From positions 85,289 to 105,288 of the forward strand of contig MU053271.1 in NCBI GenBank assembly GCA_013239625.1: a stretch of 20,000 nt of DNA. The letters run 5' to 3'. A program made the position numbers and the translations under genes. The notes below the pieces were generated by a model. It had not been told where the DNA came from. It saw only the letters and a program-made list of their open reading frames with translations, and did no database searches. This document shows, one piece after another, positions 9,973-19,797 of the stretch (the stretch's first letter is position 1; every line of letters begins with the position of its first letter). Source of the stretch: Lama guanicoe. Lineage: Eukaryota.

Positions 9973-10576
9973 CCACCTATGCCCCTCAGGGCACAAGCAC
10001 GTCCGAGGTAGTTAGCATGAAGGAGAGAGAGTGCAGCTAATTGCCTGTACAAATTAACTCGAACGTGGTCTATATCGATGTACTTATCTTTCCTTAGTTA
10101 CATTAATAAATTAATGAAGAAGATGCCTTCCTCTTATTATGATTTCCCAGACCCACATGTTCTTGGGAGTCTGGCTGGAGCGTGAATTTCCTCTCGGGCC
10201 CTGGCTTCAGCGGGCTACAGGGCAGGCATCAATAGGAGAGACTGCCCCCAAGCCTTTTCCACCCCAAAGCTGAGCTCGAAGAGTGGAGTGGTGAGAACAG
10301 AAGTGCTGGTCTAGAAGGCATAACCAACAGAAGAAGTCCAAACTCCTTACCCAGCATTCAAGGCTGCTCTCCAGATTTGTTCGTTGTTCCCTTGACCTGT
10401 GCTTAATCAGCTGGGCTGACTGAGTTTCTACGAGCTACCCATGCAGGCATCAGCCTCCCCACCCACAGAAGTGCTGTTTCCTCCACCAGGAGGCCAGCTG
10501 CCATCAGTCGGGGTCTAGGGCAGGCCAGGCAGTTGCCTCCTTCCCAGCACCCTGTAGAAGGCTTGCCTACCATAGC

Positions 10577-10680
10577 TTCCTTCATTCATTCATTCCTGAT
10601 TCAACAAGTAGTTACAGTCCCTACCATCGGGAAGCTTCCAGCTCTCTGGGACAGACAGACATTAAACAGATCTATGATTA
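10577..10680 (-). mobile_element. LINE-2 3' tail
   Basis: TTCATTCATTCATTC...TTCAACAAGTA is the reverse complement of the L2 (TGAA)n terminus. Confidence 0.6.
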
Positions 10681-10687
10681 CGCAGGG

Positions 10688-10850
10688 CAGTGGTTCTCAG
10701 CCCATTCGCATCACCAGGGGAGATTTTAGGTAGATGCCCAGGCCCCCCTCCAGACATGTGAAAGCAGACTCTCTAACAGTGGGATCCGAGCATCAGTATT
10801 TTTTTAATTCCCCAGGTGATATTAATCTGCAGGCAGGACTGAAACCACAT
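10688..10850. mobile_element. MER5-family hAT-Charlie element
   Basis: CAGTGGTTCTCA...ATGCCCAGGCCCC...CATCAGTATTTTTTTAATTCCCCAGGTGAT...TGAAACCAC, with terminal inverted ends. Confidence 0.85.
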
Positions 10851-11059
10851 CTGAAATGCAGCCACCCAGAGTTGCTCTCCTGGGAGGTTTCTGAGAGTCT
10901 GATCAGCCAACTGTGCTTTTCATAATCTTTGTTTAAATGAGATGAATTTATACTGCTCACTCCGTTTCCCATGTATAAAGAAGTGACACACCACAGAAAG
11001 GAGAGCTTCTCAGGTTCCTACTCACTCTGATTGTCTTTTTTTTCCCATAAAAATAAAAA

Positions 11060-11215
11060 TAATTAGTTTCTACTCATCGGGTCTTACTACGTGCCAAGAA
11101 CTGCACTTTACATTAATGATCTTGTTTAATCCTCAGGACGGCCCACTAGCCATCTCTTTTATAGATGAGGAAACTAAGGCTTGGAGAGGTTGAGGGTTTT
11201 GCCCACCTGTTAAAT
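11060..11215 (-). mobile_element. MIR SINE
   Basis: CTTACTACGTGCCAAG...TTTAATCCTCA...TTTTATAGATGAGGAAACTAAGGCTTGGAGAGGTTGAG. Confidence 0.85.
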
Positions 11216-11900
11216 GGGAAATTCTCTCTGCCCCACCCCACTCTTCCTCTTCCAAACAGTCATACCGCAGGTATCCATCAGGCTCACATAGCCATGGTTA
11301 ATACCTCCATTGTCATGTTCTCCTTCAATTGTACGATTTTCTTAACATTTCACCTCTTTTCCCTACCCAGATACCTGATTTTTAAAGCTAACATGCATTT
11401 TTATTAAAAATTTTTTTAAGTTTTTAAAACCTGATCCTTTTTGAACTACTTAAAACCATCTTATAACCACCAGAACACCAGTAAAAATACAAGATGTGTA
11501 TTTTTTTTTAAAAAACTGTGAAACTCAGTTGAATTGAAGACATGCAAAGAGCAGACACACAAGCTTCCTCACAGGAATGAAATTTAGATGGAAAGTACAG
11601 TTCAAAGGTACAACGACCCTAAGGTCCATGTGGCCTGAAAAAGTGGAGCTCGAACTCAAAGTGTGTGACCTCAAATTCGACAATAACTCTCCAAGACATC
11701 TGGAAGCCTGTCACTCATACCCAGAGGCATCTTCATTAGCGAGTCAAGCCAGCCACCCTAAGGGGCTGAATCGGTCTATCTGGCTCCCCTGGAAACATGC
11801 TACAGAACGGAGACCTCGCAAAGACTAAGTGATAACTGGCTGCTGTCTTTAACAGGAGACATGTTCGACTGGTCCATGTTACAGTCACACACAGACAGCC

Positions 11901-11989
11901 TAGGGTGACCAACCACCCCAGTTTGCCCAGGACTGTCCTGATTTTAGCAAGGGAAGTCCTATGTCCCAGGAAACGGTTGGTCGGCCTCA
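11901..11989. mobile_element. MER81 (hAT-Blackjack), internally deleted
   Basis: TAGGGTGACCAACCACCCCAGTTTGCCCAGGACTGTCCTGATTTTAGCA...GTCCCAGGAAACGGTTGGTC, with inverted ends GACCAACC / GGTTGGTC. Confidence 0.8.
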
Positions 11990-12113
11990 CATCACCTCGC
12001 TTGGCTCCAGGGAAGGAACTGTCATTTCCCTTTGGCCAGCCATGGGCTTGGTCCCTGGGCTCTGGCCCATGGCTCCCCGTGGGGCAGGACATCCTGGCCA
12101 GGGCTGGCAAAAG

Positions 12114-12459
12114 CTCAGGCTGCTGTAACAATACCATGGACTGGGTGTCTGAAACAATGAGCATTTACTTTTCTCAGTGATGGAGGCTGAAAGTCCAAGA
12201 CCAGGCTGCCAGCATGGGCAGGATCTTGGACAGGGCATTTCTCCTGGTTTACAGGTGGCCGTCTTCTTGTTGTAGCCTCAGGTGGTGAAGGTAGAGTTCT
12301 GGGCTTCTCATCCTCTTATAAGGAAACTGACCTCATTCATGAGGGCTCCACCCTCATGACCTAATTCCCCCCAGAAGTCCCACCTCTTAATACCATCACA
12401 CTGGGGGTTCAGGCATCAATATGTGAACTTGGGGGGACACCAGCATTCAGTCCATAACA
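12114..12459 (-). mobile_element. MLT1A-like MaLR solo LTR
   Basis: GGCTGCTGTAACAATACCA...GGAGGCTGAAAGTCCAAGA...CATTCATGAGGGCTCCACCCTCATGACCTAAT...CATTCAGTCCATAACA, near full length. Confidence 0.9.
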
Positions 12460-12559
12460 GGGTACTTGGGGGCAGAGAGGACACTGGCCTGAGTAGTGAC
12501 CGTATCTCCTGCTGAACACCCACTCCTCCCCTAGATAAACTTGACAGAGATTTTGCTCA

Positions 12560-12735
12560 GATGATTCTGGGGCAGGAACTCTGTGCAAGATCAAGTTACC
12601 TTTTCTGAGCACTGGTTTTCTCATCTATCAAATAGAAAGAATCATCATCCTGACCTCAAAGAACTGTATTAAGCAGTAAATGAAATACAGCATAGGACAC
12701 GCTTTGGACATAGTAAGCGCTCGTGTCAATCACTG
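12560..12735 (+). mobile_element. MIR SINE
   Basis: CAAGTTACCTTTTCTGAGCACTGGTTTTCTCATCTATCAAATAG...TAAATGAAATA...ACATAGTAAGCGCTC. Confidence 0.75.
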
Positions 12736-12964
12736 TCATCAATATCCTTCATCCTCCAGGGCCAGGAGTTGGGGAGCTGAAGGAGGCAAAACAGGGGAAG
12801 GGTCCCACATCCCTCTACCATGAAGCAGGAGACTCAAGTTCCAAATCCTATTTCTTCTTCAAAACCGGCACCGACCTCTCCAATCAGGCTTAGAAGCACC
12901 AAAGATACTTCCATTTCTTCTCATCTTCCTTTATGGCGATAAGAATGGCCACCACAATGTGCAG

Positions 12965-13365
12965 GTCTACCCTGTACACATTTTAAGTGTACAATCCATT
13001 ACTGTTTACTCTCAACAGAGCTCAGACCTTATTCATCTTCCTTAATTGAAACTGTTCTTAGTGAGTTAACATTTGACCTATAACATTGGCTGAATTTAAG
13101 GTGAATTCACCTGAAACTTTACGCCTCTTAATTAGTAACTCATTTCTTCCCCACCCCCAGCCCCTGGGTGACCATCATTCCACCCTTTGCACCTACAAAC
13201 TTGACTATTTTCGATGCCTGCTGTAAAGTGGAATCCTGCAGTATTTGTTGTCCTGCAACTGGCTTATTTCACTTAGTAAGATATCCCTGAGGTTCACTCA
13301 CATTGTAACATGCTACAGAATTTCCTCCTTTCCTAAGGCTCAACACTACCCTTTGTGGATATAGC
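12965..13365 (-). mobile_element. LINE-1 (L1MA/MB-like) 3' UTR and ORF2 end
   Basis: TTTTAAGTGTACAAT...CCCCAGCCCCTGGGTGACCATCATTC...GTGGAATCCTGCAGTATTTG...CTGGCTTATTTCACTTAG...TAAGGCT. Confidence 0.9.
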
Positions 13366-13559
13366 TAAGGGAAAAAATCAAACTTTCTGAGTAGACAAAG
13401 AATGTTTCACTTTTTTCTCTCATCAGAAACAAATTAAATTTTTAGGACCCACAACAATCTGTTCTTCTTGGAGGGGCCTGAAAGTAAAGTGTCCAGGATC
13501 CACGTAAGTCATTCGGCTGCCCTGCTCAAAACCTCACCTGTGCCTGCCTGTTTGATACC

Positions 13560-14040
13560 CACCAGCCCCCATCTCTGCCTCTCTCCTGGACAGTGAGGGG
13601 ACGGGGTGTCCCAGCCTATTGTATCAAATCTGCCTCCACAGAGCAGCCAGCACAATCTGTCAGAAACACAAATCTGACTGTGTCTCCTCTGCTGAGAACC
13701 TTCAGTGGCCCTCCAATGCCCTTGGGACAGAGTCCAAACTCCCGAGCATGGCACACAGGGTCAAGGTGGGCAGTCACCGGTCAGCCTCCTGCCACTCCTC
13801 TCCACACACCCAACTTTCTTGCTTTCACGCCTCCACCACTTCGCACTTACAGTGCCCTCTACCCAGAATGCCTTCCCCCTGCAAGCTCCAAAAGCCCAGC
13901 TAAAACAAATTCCACACAATCATCATGTTGTGATTTTGAGTGACTGTCTCCTAGAGGTCAGGGGCTGTATTTCCTTTGTCTCATTCCTCCAACCACCACC
14001 CCAGTGCCTAGCATAAGTGGCTCTCCAATGGAGTTTGTAG
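13560..14040 (+). mobile_element. LINE-2 3' region
   Basis: CACAAATCTGACTGTGTCTCCTCTGCTGAGAACCTTCAGTGGCCCTCC...AGTCCAAACTCC...CTCCTAGAGGTCAGGGGCTGTAT...CCCCAGTGCCTAGCA. Confidence 0.85.
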
Positions 14041-14359
14041 AGGCCAGGATGACTCCCTGAGGTCACTGTCAGCACCTGGGCCCTCCTCTGGCCACAACCC
14101 ACTCCCAAGCTCCTGCAGTACTGTGATTTCCAAGTGCTGAGGAATGCCCTATGGTCCTGCCCACCCTTTCCTCATCCAGCACACTGGGAGTGCAGCATCT
14201 CGGGGTGCAGGGTGGCAAAGTAGCCCTGGGTGAGTAGACTTGTGACCTTCAGCAATACCTCCTCCAGGGGAAGCCATCACCCAGCCAGGATTGGAGGGGT
14301 GGCTTCCCAAGCCAAGAAAATCCCAGGGGCCATGTTCACAGTCCTGGCTGGGGCCCAGG

Positions 14360-14440
14360 ACATCTGGTTCAGCCTCTGCCGATGACTGTGCACCCCTCTG
14401 TGCCTCAGTTTCCTCATCTATTAAGAGTGGATGGGGCTAA
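14360..14440 (+). mobile_element. MIR core fragment
   Basis: CCTCTGTGCCTCAGTTTCCTCATCTATTAA. Confidence 0.8.
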
Positions 14441-14529
14441 AACCTCTAAAGGAAGGGTTTTTCAGAGTCTGGCTGTGAAACCTCATCCAGGGCCGCCCAT
14501 CATCCGAAGGCTGTTACCAACACAGAGGG

Positions 14530-14549
14530 AAGAGCGCCACCTGCTGACT
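14530..14549 (-). promoter_or_regulatory. Candidate CTCF binding site
   Basis: The minus strand reads AGTCAGCAGGTGGCGCTC, one substitution from the CTCF core CCAGCAGGTGGCGCT. It lies outside any repeat I recognise. Confidence 0.5.
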
Positions 14550-15419
14550 TCCAGTACACCGACCTGCCAAAGATATCACCCAAATCTGCAACCGTCAACT
14601 TGAGTCAGTTGCCAGTGTTCTCCCTTTGCAGAGCCGTAGCCCCCTCCCCTTGCGTAGAGCTCAGGGCACACCCTCCAACCTGCCCAAGAGGCTGTGGCTG
14701 CTCCATCCCCAGCCCCAAACCCCAGGACAGCCAGAAGCCCTCGTGCCAACCCTCCCCATGGCAGACTCAGCACCAGGGCAGCCCCCAGCTGCCAGCCCTC
14801 CCCACCAACCCTGGGCCTGTGGCTGGAGGTGGGGAACAATGATCCCTACAGTGACTAAATTTCCCCCTGAAGGTCTCATTCAAGATGTTAGAGTGAGTGA
14901 TCATAAAAGGAATTAATAGTTGACTTGCTGTATAATTTCCTAGTATACTTTAGTGCAGCAACCATATGAGCCATCCCGGCTGTTCAGTGGGGCCAGATGG
15001 AGACTTTACCACTGCGATCTCAGGCTGAGGAATAAAAGCAATTCTTCTGAAGTAATTGTGTCTAATTAAAAGAAACATTTAAAAAGTGTAACCAAAAGGA
15101 ATTCATTTCAAATGGAAATTAATGCTGAAAAATAGCCCTGAGTTCTCGTCGCAGCCAATAGCCAGGCAGCTGCAGATAATTAAACTGTTTTGAAATGTCG
15201 AGACCATCCTCCTCCAGAAAAGATGGGCACGGCTGAGCAGGTTGTGGGCAGCGGCAAAGGGGGTGGCTTCCAGAGGTGGCCGGCACAGGGACGTGGGGTC
15301 AGCCACAGGGGGCCAGGCGGGGTGAGGACCAGGCCACCTTGGACAAGGCTGGAAGAGGTTGGTACCATGGCCCTTCACGGGAAGTGGAGCACTTGGGCAT
15401 CTCGAGTGCCTGGGCATCC

Positions 15420-15610
15420 CGTTAAATCCTCAGAATAACCCTGCAAGTCAAGTCTTATCCTTATTATGACGAATAACATCCTCATCAGCTCAAAAAAAGA
15501 GGATTCCCAGTGACAAGACACATTGTCCAAAATCACATGTAATTTACAGCAGATTCAACTCAGCACAACTGAGAGGCAGCAGAGCCAAGATCTGAACCCA
15601 GGTCCCCGTG
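15420..15610 (-). mobile_element. Degenerate MIR
   Basis: TTAAATCCTCAGAATAACCCTG...TTGTCCAAAATCACA...GCAGAGCCAAGATCTGAACCCAGGTC. Confidence 0.65.
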
Positions 15611-15714
15611 CGCTGGCATCCGCATGGCTGGCACTGCACTGGATGTTAGCACTCAGCACTGGACAAGAGGCCCTGTGCTTGCTAATGTTGTGGCTCTCAG
15701 CTGTGTCTTGCCCT

Positions 15715-15851
15715 GAGAAGTTTTGGAAAGTTTACCCCAGGCTCCATTCCCAGACACACTGACTTCCTAGGTCTGGGGGTAGCCTGGACATTAGTATTTT
15801 TTAAAAGCTGCCCAGGTGACTCTAAGTGCATTCAGGATTGAGAAACACTGG
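15715..15851. mobile_element. MER5-family hAT-Charlie element (partial)
   Basis: AGGTCTGGGGGTAGCCTGGACATTAGTATTTTTTAAAAGCTGCCCAGGTGACTCTAAGTGCA...GATTGAGAAACACTG. Confidence 0.85.
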
Positions 15852-15919
15852 TCTAACCCCCAATCACCTGGCACACTTTACCCAGTGGACAGGCCCTGAA
15901 ATCTTCCCACACATTTCCC

Positions 15920-16035
15920 CTGGAAGCAGTTTGGCCTCAACACAAAACAGCAGTGCAAATATTCCCTTGCAAGGTTGCTGCCAGGATGAAATGAGCGAAT
16001 CCAGAGCCAGGCACTTAATAGATACTAAATAAACA
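15920..16035 (+). mobile_element. Degenerate MIR 3' part
   Basis: CCTTGCAAGGTTGCTGCCAGGATGAAATGAG...CCAGGCACTTAATAGATACTAAATAAA. Confidence 0.55.
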
Positions 16036-16405
16036 TTAGTTTCCAAATGGAGAGCAGCAAGAAGAGGAAACATCTAGTGAGCCTTAACTCTAGCTTCTGA
16101 CTTCATTAAAACCTGGAGGTGGGGGGGACCTAAATCTCAACAATTCAACAGTGAAGATGATGTGGCCAAAAGGGCTTATGTTCCATCTTGCATTCAGGAT
16201 GGGGAGGTCATGCCGGCTTAAGAAGCAAAAAACCCACATTTATTTTCAAGTGCTTATAGTTAATTCGAACTAAGCTAAGGGTTGCCTGTGATCAGTGATT
16301 AGGGGAAATGGTTTAATGAAACAGAAGAATAATTTGTAATCCACAGGTTGTTTATATGCTGACAAGCATTTCTAAAGATCTTGGGAAAGTCTGCAAAGTA
16401 GGTTT

Positions 16406-16491
16406 AAATATGCACCTAAAAAAAAAAAGAAAACTAGGAAGGATACACGAAAAAATAAAAAAGTTGAAAAAAAAAAAAACATGCACCTAAA
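16406..16491 (+). mobile_element. Micro-retroinsertion (~56 bp) with target-site duplication
   Basis: Direct repeats AAATATGCACCTAAA (16406-16420) and AAACATGCACCTAAA (16477-16491) flank an A-rich insert with AATAAA and a poly(A) run. The left repeat is preceded by TTT. Confidence 0.75.
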
Positions 16492-16799
16492 CCTTACTTA
16501 CACCATTAGGATTCTTAGAAAATACCTTCTTTATACATATGCAAAAATCCCCAGCTCTCCTCTCTGAATTGCAAACAGATTTCAATTTTCAAACATCAAC
16601 AGCAAAGCACCCATCTGCTTTGTTACCTGCTAAACCCCTTAAAAGGCAACGCCAGGATCTCTTAAGGATGATGGAAAACTTTGGAACCAGAAGTAAAGTA
16701 GTAACAGCTTTCCTTCTGATGAAACGGGACTTATGGTGACCCCAGGGTCCTGGCAACATGAGGGACGTCCACAAAATTCTGCTTTTATTGCTGACTGCC

Positions 16800-17137
16800 A
16801 CCTCTTTGCCTGATGATTTTCTCTGGCCATTGAGTCTACTTTGTCTATCTGGCAGGCTAAAAATGCCACTCACACCCCCAGAGCAGCTTTCAACCAAGGA
16901 GTCGTGAGAGTTGGGGGAAAGTACCCCAGTTCCCTTGCCCCAGAGTGGAACATCCATATGGTGTTCTATGCAGGCTCCCACAGTTCCCCAGCTTAGAATG
17001 ATGCCTCAGTTACACTGTGGGAACTAGCAGGATTATGCACCTGTTACTGGCTGCCTTCCCCTCCCTGTCTCCCTTTCTCATTCCCTGTATTGCCTCCAAC
17101 TCCCAAATAAACATTGAATCCATATCCATTAAGACAG
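16800..17137 (+). mobile_element. LTR16-family (ERVL) solo LTR
   Basis: CCAGAGCAGCTTTCAACCAAG...GAGAGTTGG...TACCCCAGTTCCCTTGCCCC...CTTCCCCTCCCTGTCTC...CTCCCAAATAAAC...TAAGACA, colinear with the remembered LTR16 consensus. Confidence 0.85.
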
Positions 17138-17214
17138 CGAGTAATGAACGACACCTTTGGAGTCATCGGGTCACTGACTGTCATGGAATCCTCCCCAAAC
17201 TGGCCCCTGAGCAC

Positions 17215-17335
17215 ATGACACAGGGAAGAGTCTGGACTTTAGAAGCAGAGATACCTGAGCTCCAACCAGCACAAGTAATGTAGACTGAATCTACTTCAGC
17301 ATTCAGTTTTGCATTTCCTCCTCTGAGATCTTGGG
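17215..17335 (+). mobile_element. Degenerate MIR 5' part
   Basis: GGAAGAGTCTGGACTTTAGAAGCAGAGATACCTGAG...CATTTCCTCCTCTG. Confidence 0.55.
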
Positions 17336-17577
17336 GCCCCAGCTGCACCCCCCCTCCCCAGTCAATCCTCTGTGATCTCCGTCTCACACTCTCTGGTCTG
17401 CCCACACCTTCGAGCAATCCCTGGGGCCTGCACAGACAAAACTGAAGGCTTGAACACATGATGGGGTGTGCAATAATAGGGAGAATGGCTTTCCTGGGCT
17501 CAGAGGGGGAATCCTGAGAAAAAGGTGTCCTTGTAAGATGCCTTTAATGCCTTAATTTAAAGGCATTAAAGTAATAT

Positions 17578-18046
17578 GCCCTTACATGCATAAGACTAAG
17601 TGAAAGAAGCCAGTCTGAAAAGACTACATCCTGTCTGACTCCAACCATATGACGTTCTAGAAAAGGCAAAACTATGGAGACAGTAAAAAGATCAGTGCTT
17701 GCCAGGGGTGGGGGTGGGGGAAGGAAGAAGGAATACGTGGAGGACAGGGGGTTTTAGGGCAGTGAAACTATTCTGTAGGCTACCACGGTGGTGGATACAC
17801 ATCATTATACATTTGTCCAATCCCATAGAAGGTACAACACCATAGTGTAAACTCTGGGTGATGATGTTGTGATGTGTCCTCGTGGGATCCCCAGTTACAG
17901 CACATGGACCACTCTGTGGGGGATGCTGATAGCGAGAGAGACTCCTTTTGATGGGGGGGTGGGGGTCTGTGTACTTTCCAATTTTTTCTGTAAATCTTAA
18001 ATTGCTCTTAAAAAAAAGAGTCTATATTAAAAAAAAAAAAAAGAAA
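17578..18046 (+). mobile_element. L1MC-like 3' UTR with poly(A) tail
   Basis: CTAAGTGAAAGAAGCCAGTCTGAAAAGACTACAT...AAAAGGCAAAACTATGGAGACAGTAAAAAGATCAGTG...TTTTAGGGCAGTGAAACTATTCTG...TGTAAATCTTAAATTGCTCT, followed by an A-tail. Confidence 0.92.
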
Positions 18047-19029
18047 GAATGGAACAGTCTTTCAGTTCCTTGGCCCAAACAGATGCCAACAGCAGTAACC
18101 AGATTAGAGGAAGAGCTGGGGGACCGGGACAAGAGTGAGGGGAAGGGGGATGAAAAAAACACATACTGACGCATAATGGCAAACATAAAGGCGCAAAAAG
18201 AAAAGGTCCAGCCAGAAGGCCACGGCAGTAGATCCGCGGGCCCAGCCTGCCCTGGGCTCTCCCACCCTTAGCCAACACCAGCCCTGGTCCAGCAAAGTCA
18301 AACCTTTTCAGGATGGAATGTTCCTGATCTTCTAGTCCTCACAGTCTCTGCCCAACACCTTCATTTCCCTTTATTTGCTTTCTTTTCCCTCCACCACAAT
18401 ATGCTCAAGTCATCCAAAACTTTCCCTTTATCACTGAGCCTCCCTAATTAAGATAATGCTATTAGAAGGTTAGAGAGGGAAAAAAAAACCTCCCAAATTC
18501 TCTTTGTGTTTCAGTAGCTCTTTAATATGTGAGGCAATTCTCCTAACCACCAGTCCCCAGAGTAGCCGGTCAGAAAATGAACTAATGCTTTTTTTACCTT
18601 ATGAACAACGCATGCAGCACAAATTGCAGTGGCCGTCACCAGAGATTTTATTACAAAGTATCATTACTTTCACACAGCATTTCAGATTTGGCCTGATCCA
18701 ATCAAAGTGAGGGCGCGAGTGAGAGAGAACTGCACACTCAAGGTCGCTCATTCCAGGGTGGCTGGGAAGCGGGCGGGAATTGGCATCTTTGAAACGTCCT
18801 CAGGACCATTGCAGAGAAAAGCAGCTGCCAGAAACGTGAATGGAAAAGGAGGTGCCTGGGGTTCGGGGCTTCAGCAAAGCCGAGGTTGTGGGCTCTGGGA
18901 GGGTCCCCAGGGCATGGGAAGGACCCCTCAAGGGAGGGATCCAACTGATGAGAGCATCACAATTCTACAACTCGAAGGTGCTACAGACATTCCCTTCATC
19001 CCTGGGCTTTAAGCAACTAATGTCTCTGG

Positions 19030-19120
19030 ATCATTCATTCCACAAATACGACTTGAGCACTGAGCATGCACCCTGCACCATGCTAGACCCCTGAGGCTGC
19101 AAAACAGTGAGCAAACGAAT
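19030..19120 (-). mobile_element. LINE-2 3' tail
   Basis: TCATTCATTCCACAAATACGACTTGAGCAC...CACCATGCTAG. Confidence 0.7.
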
Positions 19121-19189
19121 GTGGCTTGAGAAGCAGGTTCGAATTGAATAGTCCCACAAGAGTGAAAGAGACAGAAGGGGTGGTGGAGC

Positions 19190-19400
19190 CATACCTCCCC
19201 AGTTTGACTCCCGGCTCCATCACTCAGCCAAGTGACTATAGTCAAGTCCCTCAACCTCTGGGTGCCTTGGCCTCTTCAACTGTAAAACGGGGATAATATT
19301 GGGGCTTATCATGGTGTTGAGGATGAGATGATTTAATACTTATAATACACTCGGGACAGTGTCTGGTATGTGGTAAGCTCAACATATGGGTGCTTGTTAA
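19190..19400 (+). mobile_element. MIR SINE nested in L2
   Basis: CAAGTCCCTCAACCTCTGGGTGCCTTGGCCTCTTCAACTGTAAAACGGGGATAATA...GTGTCTGGTATGTGGTAAGCTCAA. Confidence 0.88.
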
Positions 19401-19409
19401 ATAAATACA

Positions 19410-19735
19410 AATATAAAAATTGCAGCGGTAAGAAACAGAATACATAGCATAATAGGAGGATTCAACCCAATCAGGAAAGTCAGGAAAGGCTTGAGCTGAA
19501 ATGCAAAGGAAGGGGAGACATTAATTAAAGGAAACACTAAAGCAGAGAGGTCATAGCCAAGAAAGCAGCATGTGCAAAGGCCATGTGGCTGCAAGGAGCA
19601 TTTTAAGGGTAAGGCACTAGACAAAAGGCCAATGAGGTAGAAGCATAGTGCAGGCAAAGGATGAAGAAGTTGGCAGAACCAGTCCACGGAAAACTGTAGG
19701 CCACTGTCAAGAGTTTGGACTATAAAAATTTCCCA
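19410..19735 (-). mobile_element. LINE-2 (continuation)
   Basis: GTCAGGAAAGGCTTGAGCTGA...CAGCATGTGCAAAGGCC...GTAGGCCACTGTCAAGAGTTTGGACT. Confidence 0.85.
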
Positions 19736-19741
19736 AGTGTT

Positions 19742-19797
19742 GGGGGGAGGGGAACAGCTCAGTGGAAGAGCACATGCTTAGTATGCATGATATCCTG
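19742..19797 (+). mobile_element. tRNA-derived SINE head (camelid Vic-1-like)
   Basis: GGGGGGAGGGGAACAGCTCAGTGGAAGAGCACATGCTTAGTATGCATGATATCCTG matches my recollection of Vic-1 (GGGGAGGGTATAGCTCAGTGGTAGAGTGCATGCTTAGCATGCACGAGGTCCTG). The Pol III A box is present; the B box and tail are not intact. Confidence 0.8.

Noticed and set aside
10222..10476. Short direct repeats GCAGGCATCA (10222, 10443) and ACAGAAGTGCTG (10297, 10465)
   Set aside because: Only two copies each with unequal spacing. Not an array and compatible with chance or old local duplication; nothing CRISPR-like was seen in the window.
17705..17760. G-quadruplex-like G-runs
   Set aside because: They are an ordinary part of the L1MC 3' UTR polypurine tract.
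18945..18980. Hammerhead-ribozyme-like core CTGATGA-GAG...CTC-GAAG
   Set aside because: The conserved GAAA is GAAG, stem II is only 3 bp, and stems I and III cannot be formed convincingly.
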